Positions 29,141-38,392 of a stretch of DNA of 64,000 nt are shown here, piece after piece (the first letter of the stretch is position 1; each line of letters starts with the position of its first letter). The notes beneath the pieces are model-generated. The model did no database searches. It had not been told where the DNA came from and saw only the letters and a program-made list of their open reading frames with translations. Position numbers and translations under genes: made by a program. Source of the stretch: an uncultured Roseicyclus sp. (GTDB lineage Bacteria; Pseudomonadota; Alphaproteobacteria; Rhodobacterales; Rhodobacteraceae); NCBI RefSeq assembly GCF_937892565.1, contig NZ_CALAHQ010000066.1, positions 97,771 to 161,770 on the forward strand, written 5' to 3'.

Positions 29141-29653
29141 ATGACGAAGGTCCGCAAGTCGCAAGAGTTCAGCCCCAATGATTTCGTCGTCTACCCCGCC
29201 CATGGGGTGGGCAAGATCGTGTCGATCGAGGAACAGGAAATCGCTGGTCTGCGGCTCGAATTGTTCGTGATTTCCTTTGCAAAGGACAAGATGACCCTGC
29301 GCGTGCCCACCGCCAAGGCGGCCGAGGTCGGCATGCGGTCCCTGTCTTCGCCCGATATCGTGTCCAAGGCGATGGATACCCTCAAGGGCAAGGCCCGCGT
29401 CAAGCGCGCCATGTGGTCGCGCCGCGCGCAGGAATACGAGCAAAAGATCAATTCGGGCGATCTGATCTCGATCGCCGAGGTGGTGCGCGATCTGCATCGC
29501 GCCGATGATCAGCGCGAACAATCCTATTCCGAACGTCAGCTCTACGAGGCAGCGCTTGAGCGGCTGACCCGCGAACTGGCCGCTGTCAAAGGCGTCGATG
29601 AGGCTGGCGCACAAAAGCAGGTGGATGCGGTCCTGACCGCCCGCGCCGCCTAA
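29141..29653 (+). CDS. carD: CarD/CdnL-family RNA-polymerase-binding transcription factor
   Basis: 170 aa. FVVYPAHGVGKIVSIEEQEIAG...ISF. AAGGAAA RBS upstream. Confidence 0.9.
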   Translation: MTKVRKSQEFSPNDFVVYPAHGVGKIVSIEEQEIAGLRLELFVISFAKDKMTLRVPTAKAAEVGMRSLSSPDIVSKAMDTLKGKARVKRAMWSRRAQEYEQKINSGDLISIAEVVRDLHRADDQREQSYSERQLYEAALERLTRELAAVKGVDEAGAQKQVDAVLTARAA

Positions 29654-29675
29654 GCCGCAGCACCCGGTTTTCCTG

Positions 29676-29708
29676 AAACCCGCCGCATCCGAATGCGGCG
29701 GGTTTTTT
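29676..29708 (+). terminator. intrinsic terminator of carD
   Basis: 13-bp stem AAACCCGCCGCAT / ATGCGGCGGGTTT, 4-nt loop, T6 run. Confidence 0.8.
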
Positions 29709-29814
29709 CGTGTCACACGGGCATGGGTTCCTGTCTTGACGCTTGCGCGCAGGGGCTTGAGTTTCGACCGCCAAGGGCGCAGATCTGTCGCGCATCGGCA
29801 CAGGGACACACGAC

Positions 29815-30498
29815 ATGAAGCGATCCACCATCAACGCCATCATGGCCGAGGCGGATGAATTCATCCGCTCGTTCGGTTTCGTCTTGCCGCCCTTTGCCTA
29901 TTGGACCCCCGATCAGATGCGCGCCAACCGTGGCATCGCGCGGGCCATGATCGACGGGCGCATGGGCTGGGACATCACCGATTACGGGCAGGGCCGCTTT
30001 GACGAGATGGGCCTGTTCCTGTTCACGCTGCGCAATGGCCGTCTGGCGGATCTCCAGCGCGGTGGGGGCATGTGCTACGCGGAAAAGCTGTTGATCTCCC
30101 GGCAAGATCAGCTTTCGCCCATGCATCGCCATTATCTCAAGGCCGAGGATATCATCAACCGCGGCGGCGCGACGCTTGCGGTGCAGCTGTTCGGATCGGC
30201 CCCCGATGGGTCCTTTGATGCGGCCATGGGCGGGCGCGTGATGTGCGACGGGATCGCGCGCGATTACGCCCCGGGCGAGGTGTTGATGCTGGCACCGGGC
30301 GAAAGCGTCACGCTGATGCCGTGCGATTGGCATGCGTTCTGGGGCGAAGGCGGCGATGTGCTGATCGGAGAGGTCTCGACCGTCAATGATGACGTGACCG
30401 ACAACTGGTTCCGCGAACCGATCGGCCGCTTCGCCGCCATAGACGAGGATGTGCCGCCCCTGCATCTGCTGGTATCCGATTACGCAAGCTGGCTGTGA
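29815..30498 (+). CDS. D-lyxose/D-mannose-family sugar isomerase (cupin)
   Basis: 227 aa. GWDITDYGQGRFDEMGLFLFTLRNG...YAEKLLISRQDQLSPMHRH...WHAFWGE matches my recollection of the Lyx_isomer family. Confidence 0.7.
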   Translation: MKRSTINAIMAEADEFIRSFGFVLPPFAYWTPDQMRANRGIARAMIDGRMGWDITDYGQGRFDEMGLFLFTLRNGRLADLQRGGGMCYAEKLLISRQDQLSPMHRHYLKAEDIINRGGATLAVQLFGSAPDGSFDAAMGGRVMCDGIARDYAPGEVLMLAPGESVTLMPCDWHAFWGEGGDVLIGEVSTVNDDVTDNWFREPIGRFAAIDEDVPPLHLLVSDYASWL

Positions 30499-30504
30499 GG
30501 GGGG

Positions 30505-30572
30505 CGGAAAACCCGGGTTTTCCGCACGGGAAATCCCGGGATTTCCCCGCGCGTTTTCCTTTGGGAAAACGC
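30505..30572. repeat. three tandem palindromes (CGGAAAACCCGGGTTTTCCG, GGGAAATCCCGGGATTTCCC, GCGTTTTCC-TTTG-GGAAAACGC)
   Basis: Two perfect 20-bp palindromes (30505-30524, 30528-30547) and a 9-bp-stem hairpin (30551-30572). Together they fill the convergent spacer between the isomerase gene and purD. Confidence 0.85.
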
Positions 30573-31834
30573 TACAGCGCGCGCCAGCCGATGTCGCGCC
30601 GGTAGACCCCATCGGGCCAGTCAATGCCCTCCACCATCCCGTAGGCGCGCGCGCGCGCCTCGGCCAGGGTGGCGCCGCGCGCCGTCACATTCAGCACCCG
30701 CCCTCCATCGGCCCGGATCGTGCCACCCTCGGCCCTTGTGCCGGCGTGAAACACCATGTGGTGCGAATCCTCTGCCAACTGGTCCAGCCCTGCGATCACG
30801 CTGCCCTTGGCATAGGCTCCCGGATAGCCACGGGCCGCCATCACCACGGTCATGGCGTGATCATTGGCCCAGATGACCTGCATCTCGGCCAGCCGCCCCT
30901 CGGCGCAAGCCAGCATCAGATCCAGCGCCTGTCCCCCCAGCCGCATCATCAGAACCTGTGTTTCGGGATCGCCGAAGCGGGCGTTGTATTCCACCAGACG
31001 CGGCTGGCCGTTTTCGATCATCAGCCCGGCATAAAGAACCCCGCGATAGGGGATGCCACGCCGGGCCATCTCGGCCACCGTGGGCTTGACGATCCGCTCC
31101 AGTGCCAGTTCTGCGACAGTATCCGACAGGATCGGGGCAGGGGAATAGGCGCCCATGCCGCCCGTGTTGGGCCCTGTGTCGCCCTCACCGATGCGCTTGT
31201 GATCTTGCGCCGTGCCGATGGGCAGAACCGTTTGTCCATCGCTCAGCACAAAGAATGATGCCTCTTGCCCCGTCATGAAGTCTTCGATCACCACCTCGGC
31301 GCCGGCTGCGCCAAAGGCGCCGCCCAGAATGTCGTCGATGGCCGCGTGCGCCTGTTGGACCGTTTCGGCCACGACCACCCCCTTGCCGGCCGCCAACCCG
31401 TCGGCCTTGACCACGATCGGGGCGCCGTGTGCGGCGACATAGGCACGCGCGGCCTGTGCATCGCGAAACCGCGCCCAAGCGGCCGTGGGTGCCCCGCAGG
31501 CGTCACAGATTTCCTTGGTAAAGCCCTTGGAGGCCTCGAGCCGCGCGGCCTCGGCCGAGGGGCCGAACACAAGAATACCCGCCGCCGTCAGCGCATCCGA
31601 GACACCGGCAGCCAGCGGTGCCTCGGGGCCGATGATCACGAAATCGATCGATTCCTCGACCGCGAACCCCACCACCGCCTCGGGGTCTTCGATGTCGAGT
31701 GCCGCGCATTCCGCGATGGCGTCGATGCCGGCATTGCCGGGCGCCACGACCAGCCGGTCGCATTTGGGATTTTGCAGCACCGCCCATGCCAGCGCATGCT
31801 CGCGCCCGCCCGCACCGAGGATCAGGATGTTCAA
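30572..31834 (-). CDS. purD: phosphoribosylamine--glycine ligase
   Basis: Probable TTG start giving (M)NILILGAGGREHALAW (420 aa). The track ORF extends to 31891. ATP-grasp fold with the typical PurD C-terminus. Confidence 0.9.
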   Translation of the reverse strand: MNILILGAGGREHALAWAVLQNPKCDRLVVAPGNAGIDAIAECAALDIEDPEAVVGFAVEESIDFVIIGPEAPLAAGVSDALTAAGILVFGPSAEAARLEASKGFTKEICDACGAPTAAWARFRDAQAARAYVAAHGAPIVVKADGLAAGKGVVVAETVQQAHAAIDDILGGAFGAAGAEVVIEDFMTGQEASFFVLSDGQTVLPIGTAQDHKRIGEGDTGPNTGGMGAYSPAPILSDTVAELALERIVKPTVAEMARRGIPYRGVLYAGLMIENGQPRLVEYNARFGDPETQVLMMRLGGQALDLMLACAEGRLAEMQVIWANDHAMTVVMAARGYPGAYAKGSVIAGLDQLAEDSHHMVFHAGTRAEGGTIRADGGRVLNVTARGATLAEARARAYGMVEGIDWPDGVYRRDIGWRAL

Positions 31835-31914
31835 CTCCGCAGCTCCGCTTGCTATGGTGGGGCTGCAATAGCGGGCCTTTCGGGGCGACACAACCAGCGG
31901 GGCGCAGGTGCGGC

Positions 31915-33480
31915 ATGGATGATCTGATCGAGGATGCGGGCCCGGGCCCCGGCAACGCGCCGGAATTCACCGTCTCGGAGATTTCCGGCGCCGTGAAGCG
32001 TGCGGTCGAAGGCGGGTTCTCTCATATCCGCGTGCGCGGTGAGGTGGGCCGCCTGTCGCTGCCACGCTCGGGCCATGTCTATCTCGACCTCAAGGATGAC
32101 CGCAGTGTGCTGGCCGCCGTGATCTGGAAAGGCACGGCCCAACGCTTGCCCCACCCCCCCGAAGAAGGCATGGAGGTCATCGCCACGGGCCGCCTGACCA
32201 CATTTCCGGGTCAATCGAAATACCAGATGGTGATCGAGGATCTGCGCCCTGCCGGTGCGGGCGCCCTGATGGCGATGCTTGAAAAGCGCCGCATGGCCTT
32301 GGCGGCCGAGGGGCTCTTTGACCCCTCCCGCAAGAAGCCGCTGCCCTTCCTGCCCGAGGTGATCGGTGTCGTCACCTCGCCCTCGGGGGCGGTGATCCGC
32401 GATATCTTGCACCGGCTGCGCGACCGCTTTCCGCGGAGTGTGCTGATCTGGCCCGTGGCTGTGCAGGGCATCCATTGCGCCCCCGAGGTTGCCCGCGCCA
32501 TCCGGGGGTTCAATGCGCTGCCTGTCGATGGCCCGATCCCGCGCCCCGATCTGATCATCGTGGCGCGCGGCGGCGGCAGTCTGGAAGATCTCTGGGGCTT
32601 CAACGAGGACATCGTGGTGCGGGCCGCCGCCGAAAGCGCGATTGCGCTGATTTCGGCGGTGGGCCATGAAACCGACACCACACTGATCGACCATGCCGCG
32701 GATCACCGCGCGCCCACACCCACGGCGGCGGCCGAACGCGCGGTGCCGGTGCGGATGGACCTGCTGGCATGGCTCAGCACCCAGGAAGGCATCCTGACCC
32801 GCAGCATGTCGGGCGCGCTGGCCAACCGGCGCCAGCGCCTGTCGGATCTGGCCCGCGCCCTGCCACGTCCCGAGAGCCTGCTTGACGCGGCGCGCCAACG
32901 CCTTGATCTGGCGGCCGCCGGGCTGGCCCCCGCGCTGCGTCACCGCGGGTTTCTGGCGCGCGCGCGGATCGAAGGGGCCGCGGCGCGGCTTGCGCCCGCG
33001 CTGGACCGTGCACTTGGCAAAAAGCAATTGGCGCTGGGCCAGACGGCCGCGCGCCTCAACCCTGCCACCTTGCAGGCACAGACCCGTCAAGCCCGCACCG
33101 ATCTTGCGCGGCTGATCCGCGGCCTTGACCCTGCCCGCAAAATCCGCCGCCTGACCGAGGCGCGCACCCGCTTGAATGATCTGTCGCGCCGTCTTGATCG
33201 CGCAGCCACGATGGGCGTTGCCGCCAAGCGCGACAAGCTGGCAGCCCTTGACCGGTTGCACGGCACGCTTGGGCCCGCTCAGACGCTGCAACGCGGCTAT
33301 GCCGTGGTGCGCGCAGGCAGCGCGGTCATCACCCGCCAGTCAGATGCCGCCCAGCACAGCGCGCTCGAGATCGAATTCGCCGATGGGCGTCTGGCGGTCA
33401 CCCCCTTGGGAGCCCCGGCAAAACCCGCGTCAAGAGCCACACCGCCAAAACCCGGCCCCGATCAGGGCCGGCTTTTCTAG
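31915..33480 (+). CDS. xseA: exodeoxyribonuclease VII large subunit
   Basis: 521 aa from MDDLIEDAG. OB-fold N-terminus (FTVSEISGAVKRAVEG...VRGEV), VVTSPSGAVIRDI, and a long coiled-coil tail. Confidence 0.9.
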   Translation: MDDLIEDAGPGPGNAPEFTVSEISGAVKRAVEGGFSHIRVRGEVGRLSLPRSGHVYLDLKDDRSVLAAVIWKGTAQRLPHPPEEGMEVIATGRLTTFPGQSKYQMVIEDLRPAGAGALMAMLEKRRMALAAEGLFDPSRKKPLPFLPEVIGVVTSPSGAVIRDILHRLRDRFPRSVLIWPVAVQGIHCAPEVARAIRGFNALPVDGPIPRPDLIIVARGGGSLEDLWGFNEDIVVRAAAESAIALISAVGHETDTTLIDHAADHRAPTPTAAAERAVPVRMDLLAWLSTQEGILTRSMSGALANRRQRLSDLARALPRPESLLDAARQRLDLAAAGLAPALRHRGFLARARIEGAAARLAPALDRALGKKQLALGQTAARLNPATLQAQTRQARTDLARLIRGLDPARKIRRLTEARTRLNDLSRRLDRAATMGVAAKRDKLAALDRLHGTLGPAQTLQRGYAVVRAGSAVITRQSDAAQHSALEIEFADGRLAVTPLGAPAKPASRATPPKPGPDQGRLF

Positions 33481-33488
33481 GCGTCTGG

Positions 33489-33511
33489 GCATCTTTGCCT
33501 TGACGATATTC
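33489..33511 (-). repeat. degenerate copy K of the same repeat (reverse complement GAATATCGTCAAGGCAAAGATGC)
   Basis: It shares the GCAAAGATG core and the GA-TAT 5' end. It sits in the convergent spacer between xseA and the DegT gene. Confidence 0.45.
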
Positions 33512-33537
33512 AGCGGCGCTCTGCGCAGGCGCCACCT

Positions 33538-34761
33538 TCAGGTGCCGTAGGCCCGCGCGCTCCCCATGACGTCCTCGGCCGCAGCGAGCAGCGCCGCGGC
33601 AATGAAATCCAGCTCGGGCCGGGTCAAGCGCACTGGCAGGCGGACATCGCAGGCGCGCATCAGCATGCTGCGGGTGCGCGGCAGATCCGGCTGGGCGCCC
33701 GGAATGAACTGCCAGTTCCAGAAGGCGCGCGCATTGTCGGTCGACAGGCCAAAGATCTGCACCTTGACCCCGCGCGCTTCGGCGGCCGCGCCAAAGGCCT
33801 TGGCGTCCGCGTCGCTTTCAAAGCCCACCAGATTGAACTGGATGGAATCGGGGGCGCGGTCTTCGGGTGCCAAGGGTTGCGGCACGTCCAACCATGGCGA
33901 GGTGTTCAGCCGCGCGGCGACATAATCATGGTTTGCCAGCCCATCCCGCACCCGGCGCGCCAGTTCGGGAAGCTGCGGGCGGATCACGGCGGCGCTCAGG
34001 TTTTGCAGCCGCATGTTGTAGAGCGGCAACCGATTTTGCCACCGCGCAAAAGCCAGGGCCAGCTCGGGGTCGTTCTGACCTTCGGGGGCCTTGTGCTTTT
34101 TCCAGTTCTGCTCATAGGCGCCCGACATGATGACCGTGCGCGCCGCCAGATCGGCGTCATCGGTGATCAAGATGCCGCCTTCGCCCGCATTGATCATCTT
34201 GTAGGACTGAAAGGAAAAGCAGCCCATCTTGCCAAGGGTGCCGATCTTGCGGCCATGCCACAGCGTGCCCAGCGAATGGGCCGCGTCCTCGATCACCGGA
34301 ATGCCGCGCGCATCGCAAAGCGCCATGATCGCATCCATGTCGGATGTGTGACCGCGCATGTGGCTGATGATGACAGCCTCGATCCCGTCATCGATCTTGG
34401 CTTCGAAATCGGCCATGTCGATGCGGTAATTCTCGCCCACCTCGACCAGAACCGGCTGGCAAAAGGCATGCACCACGGCCGAGGGCACGGCGGCAAATGT
34501 AAAGGCGGGCAACAACACCCGGGCGCCGGGTGCCAGATCGAGCGCGCGCAGGCACAAAAAGATGGCGGCCGAACAAGATGACACGGCGAGGGCGTATTTC
34601 ACCCCCATCAGATCGGCGAATTCCCGCTCCAACAATGCCACCGGTGCATCCGAAGGGGCGGTATAGCGGAACAGATCTCCCGATTGCAGCAGACGGTCGA
34701 TCTCGGCGCGGGCGGCCTCGGGGATCGGCTCGGCGTCGTAAACATTGGGTGCCAGCGCCAT
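33538..34761 (-). CDS. DegT/DnrJ/EryC1/StrS-family PLP-dependent aminotransferase
   Basis: 407 aa. IEDAAHSLG and the Schiff-base lysine context FSFQSYKMINAGEGG. Confidence 0.8.
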   Translation of the reverse strand: MALAPNVYDAEPIPEAARAEIDRLLQSGDLFRYTAPSDAPVALLEREFADLMGVKYALAVSSCSAAIFLCLRALDLAPGARVLLPAFTFAAVPSAVVHAFCQPVLVEVGENYRIDMADFEAKIDDGIEAVIISHMRGHTSDMDAIMALCDARGIPVIEDAAHSLGTLWHGRKIGTLGKMGCFSFQSYKMINAGEGGILITDDADLAARTVIMSGAYEQNWKKHKAPEGQNDPELALAFARWQNRLPLYNMRLQNLSAAVIRPQLPELARRVRDGLANHDYVAARLNTSPWLDVPQPLAPEDRAPDSIQFNLVGFESDADAKAFGAAAEARGVKVQIFGLSTDNARAFWNWQFIPGAQPDLPRTRSMLMRACDVRLPVRLTRPELDFIAAALLAAAEDVMGSARAYGT

Positions 34762-34876
34762 GATTTCACCTTTTTGAAAACTACTCTTTGAGAAATCTTA
34801 TCCTGTCGCGCGGATGAAATCCAGTGTGGCGTGGTGGCGTCATGAAAGCTTCACAGACCCATCGCGCGCAACGGCT

Positions 34877-34921
34877 CGTGAAAACGCGCGTTTTCACGTG
34901 CGAAAAACTCGAGTTTTTCGC
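34877..34921. repeat. two adjacent perfect 22-bp palindromes (CGTGAAAACGCGCGTTTTCACG, GCGAAAAACTCGAGTTTTTCGC)
   Basis: At 34877-34898 and 34900-34921, in the spacer between the FAD oxidase and DegT genes. Confidence 0.85.
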
Positions 34922-34941
34922 GCCCCCCGGTTGGTCTTGGG

Positions 34942-36243
34942 TCACATTCCCAATCGGTCGCGCAACGCGTACCATGTCATGGCCAGCGTCAGGAGCGGTG
35001 CGCGCAACCCCGCCCCGCCCGGAAAGCGTGGCACGGGCAGCGCCGACAGCGTGGTCAATCCATTTTCCTGGCCCATGACGGCTTCGGCCATCACACGGCC
35101 CGCCATGCCGGAAAGGGCCACGCCATGGCCGGAAAATCCTGCCCCTGACAAGATATTGGGCGCAACCTGCGCGATATGGGGCAGGCGCGACATGGTGATT
35201 CCCAAGGCGCCGCCCCAGACATGGGTTACACCCACGCCTGACAATTGCGGAAACAGCCGCGCCATGCGGGCCACCAGCGCCGTCTTGATGTCGCGCGGAT
35301 AGGCCATGGAATAGCTTTCGCGCCCCCCGAACAAAAAGCGGCGGTCGGCGCTGAAGCGGTAGTAATTCACCACGAATTTCGAATCCGACACCGCGATGTC
35401 CTGGGCCAGAACGTCTTGCCAGCGATCAGGCAGCGGTTCGGTCGCGGCGATGAAGGAGTTGATTGGCATCACCCGCGCCGTCACCTCGGGCAAGATATCG
35501 GGCAAATAGCCGTTTCCGGCGATGATGGCATGGCTTGCGGTGACCTGACCCGTGGGGGTGGTCAAGATGATGCGCGGTTGCCGTGTGACAGACAGAACCT
35601 CTGTCATCTCGTGGATCACCACGCCTGCCGCCTCGGCGGTGCGCGCCAACGCCCGGGCATAGGCCAGCGGATGCAGATGCCCGCCCGACGCATCAAAGCC
35701 TCCGCCGACATAAAGCGGCGATTTCACCAGTGCTGCAAATTCGGCGCGCGCCATCACCGTGATGGTCTGATCGTAATGGCGCGCCATGTGATCGGCCTCG
35801 TGGCGCAGATGGTTCAAGGCGCTGGTGCTGTATTCACCATGCGCGAGCCCGGGGCGAAACGCCGCCTCGGGGGCATGGGCGTCGCAAAACGCGCGCAGTT
35901 GGGCCTTGGCCTCTTGCGACAGCGCCCAGACGGCGCGCGCCCGGTCGCGGCCTAGCTGCTGTTCCAGCCAGCTTTGGGGTTTGTTGTAGCCCGATTGCAC
36001 CTGTCCGCCATTGCGCCCGGAGGCGCCAAAGCCCACGCGATGGGCCTCGAGCACCACAACCCGTCGGCCCGCGCGCGCCAGCGTCAGCGCGGCCCAAAGC
36101 CCGGTGTAACCCGCCCCAAGGATCACCACATCGGCGCTGATGGCCCCGCGCAGCGGTGCGCGCGCACCCTCAGGCGGCAGGCTTGCGGCATACCAGCTTG
36201 GCGCGTGTTCCCCTTGCCTGTCGTTGCGGTAGAGCGGGTTCAT
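34942..36243 (-). CDS. FAD-dependent oxidoreductase (gamma-glutamylputrescine oxidase PuuB/OrdL-like)
   Basis: 433 aa from MNPLYRN. Dinucleotide fold VVILGAGYTGLWAAL. The start overlaps the upstream stop (ATGA). Confidence 0.8.
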   Translation of the reverse strand: MNPLYRNDRQGEHAPSWYAASLPPEGARAPLRGAISADVVILGAGYTGLWAALTLARAGRRVVVLEAHRVGFGASGRNGGQVQSGYNKPQSWLEQQLGRDRARAVWALSQEAKAQLRAFCDAHAPEAAFRPGLAHGEYSTSALNHLRHEADHMARHYDQTITVMARAEFAALVKSPLYVGGGFDASGGHLHPLAYARALARTAEAAGVVIHEMTEVLSVTRQPRIILTTPTGQVTASHAIIAGNGYLPDILPEVTARVMPINSFIAATEPLPDRWQDVLAQDIAVSDSKFVVNYYRFSADRRFLFGGRESYSMAYPRDIKTALVARMARLFPQLSGVGVTHVWGGALGITMSRLPHIAQVAPNILSGAGFSGHGVALSGMAGRVMAEAVMGQENGLTTLSALPVPRFPGGAGLRAPLLTLAMTWYALRDRLGM

Positions 36244-37610
36244 ACGTTCATCAAGAGATGTTCCCGTTCCCAAGGCGAGATCACCTGCAGGAATTCGTTA
36301 TGTTCCAGCTCTTTGACGGCCGAATAGACGCGGCAGAATTCCGCGCCCAACGTGTTTTGAATGGTGGTGTTCGTCCGCAAGAGCCCCAGCGCATCGCCCA
36401 GGCCGCGCGGCACGCCGCTGCGCATCTGATAGGCGTCGCCCTGAAACGGGTCCGAGGGGTCGGTTTTCTCGATCAACCCCACCAGCCCACAGGCCAGCGA
36501 GGCGGCGATGCCCAGATAGGGGTTGCAATCCATCCCCGGCAGCCGGTTTTCCACCCGTCGTGCCGCGGGTTCGCTGACCGGAACGCGCAGGCCCGTGGTG
36601 CGGTTGTCGCGCCCCCATTCCAGATTGATGGGTGCCGAGAAATCGGGAACGTAGCGGCGGTAGCTGTTCACATAGGGGGCCAAAAGCGCGATCACGGCGG
36701 GCAAATTGCGCTGCATCCCGCCGATGAAATGCAGAAATTCCGGGGTTTCCGAGCCGTCAGGGTTGGAAAAGATGTTCTCGCCCGTCGTCAGGCTGACGAC
36801 CGAGTGATGGATGTGCATCGCCGATCCCGGCTCGCCTTCGATCGGCTTGGCCATGAAAGTGGCGTAGCAATTGTGCCTGAGGGCTGCCTCGCGGATCATG
36901 CGTTTGAAAAAGAACATCTCATCGGCCAGCTTGACCGGATCGCCATGGGCAAGGTTCAATTCGATCTGGCCCGCGCCGCCCTCTTGCAAGATGCCGTCGA
37001 TCTCGAGCCCCATGATTTCCGCGAAATCATAGATATCGTCGATGACCTTGCCGTATTCATCGACCGCCGACATGGAATAGGCCTGTCGCGCGGCGGCGCG
37101 CCGGCCCGAGCGGCCCATCGGCGGTTCGATCTCGCGGGCGGGGTCGGTGTTGGGGGCCACAAGATAGAATTCCATCTCGGGTGCCACGATGGGGGTCAGG
37201 CCCAGATCGTTGTAAAGCCCGACCACACGTTTCAAGACATTGCGCGGCGCATAGGGGACTGGCTTGCCCATTTGGTCGGCGATGTCATGGATCACCTGCA
37301 AGGTGGTGTCGGCCGTCCAGGGCGCGGGGGTTGTGGTCGTGAAATCCGGCGTCAAGATCATGTCGGGCTCGGTAAAGCCGTCTGCCACCTCATCGGCCCA
37401 GTCGCCGGTTATGGTCTGGAAAAAGATCGAATTGGGCAGATAGAAAAAAGGCTGTCGGGCGAATTTGCTGCCCGGCATTGCCTTGCCGCGCGCGATGCCC
37501 GCCAAATCGGCCACGATGCATTCCACCTCGTCGATGGCGCGACCTTCCAGATAGGCGCGCGCGACCTCGGGCAGTTTTTCGAGCAACTCGTTGACGGAAT
37601 TTGAACTCAT
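36240..37610 (-). CDS. glutamine-synthetase-family gamma-glutamyl-amine ligase (PuuA-like)
   Basis: 456 aa from MSSNSVNELL. GS catalytic-domain motifs APEMEFYL, GSAMHIHHS and NRTTGLRVP. Confidence 0.85.
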   Translation of the reverse strand: MSSNSVNELLEKLPEVARAYLEGRAIDEVECIVADLAGIARGKAMPGSKFARQPFFYLPNSIFFQTITGDWADEVADGFTEPDMILTPDFTTTTPAPWTADTTLQVIHDIADQMGKPVPYAPRNVLKRVVGLYNDLGLTPIVAPEMEFYLVAPNTDPAREIEPPMGRSGRRAAARQAYSMSAVDEYGKVIDDIYDFAEIMGLEIDGILQEGGAGQIELNLAHGDPVKLADEMFFFKRMIREAALRHNCYATFMAKPIEGEPGSAMHIHHSVVSLTTGENIFSNPDGSETPEFLHFIGGMQRNLPAVIALLAPYVNSYRRYVPDFSAPINLEWGRDNRTTGLRVPVSEPAARRVENRLPGMDCNPYLGIAASLACGLVGLIEKTDPSDPFQGDAYQMRSGVPRGLGDALGLLRTNTTIQNTLGAEFCRVYSAVKELEHNEFLQVISPWEREHLLMNV

Positions 37611-38317
37611 GCACGCACCTGTTGGGCAAAGGGAATACGGGTTGCGGGCGCGCCTTGCAAAACATCGGCAAGCCAGTCGCCCATCATGGCGCTGTCGACG
37701 GGTTGGGTCAGATCGGCGCGCGCCTTGGTCAGCATCTCGCCCGGCACCGTGGTGGGGCGGTTCTCGATCAGCGCTTCGATGACTGTGGGGGGAAACTCGG
37801 GGTGGGGTTGCACGGTCAAGATACGATCGCCATGCGCCAGCACCGCATTGCGCGTAAACGCGTTGTCGCCCAGCACCGTGGCCCCCGGCGGCAGGTCGAC
37901 CACCTGATCTTGATGCCATGCAAACAGCGCCACCTCGCGCCCGCCGATGCGGTAGCGCCGGTGACCGGCTGACCAGCCGTCGGCGAATTTCTCGACCCGG
38001 CCACCCAGCGCCTGCGCGATGATCTGATGACCAAAGCAGATGCCCACCATCGGCTTTTCGGCATCGCGGATGGCGCGGATCAACGCTTCGAGCGGGGGGA
38101 TCCACGGGTGATCTTCATAGGCGCCATGGCGCGACCCGGTGACCAGCCATGCATCCGCATCGCCGGGGTCTTGCGGAAACTCCATGTCGACCACCGAAAA
38201 GGTCCGCAAGGTGAAGCCGCGCGCGCTGAAAAGCCGGCCAAACAGATCGGTATAGGTGCCGTCGCGCTGGGCGACTTGATCGGGAACATGGCCGGTCTGA
38301 AGAATGCCGAGGATCAT
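37607..38317 (-). CDS. class I glutamine amidotransferase-like protein
   Basis: 236 aa from MILGILQTGH. Nucleophile elbow GICFGHQ and the downstream HPEF. Confidence 0.8.
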   Translation of the reverse strand: MILGILQTGHVPDQVAQRDGTYTDLFGRLFSARGFTLRTFSVVDMEFPQDPGDADAWLVTGSRHGAYEDHPWIPPLEALIRAIRDAEKPMVGICFGHQIIAQALGGRVEKFADGWSAGHRRYRIGGREVALFAWHQDQVVDLPPGATVLGDNAFTRNAVLAHGDRILTVQPHPEFPPTVIEALIENRPTTVPGEMLTKARADLTQPVDSAMMGDWLADVLQGAPATRIPFAQQVRA

Positions 38318-38392
38318 GACAAAGCTCGCGATAAGGGATGACGCCAAGCTATGCCTGCCTGTGACAAGGGGCAAGGGGCGGCGGGTAGGGCT

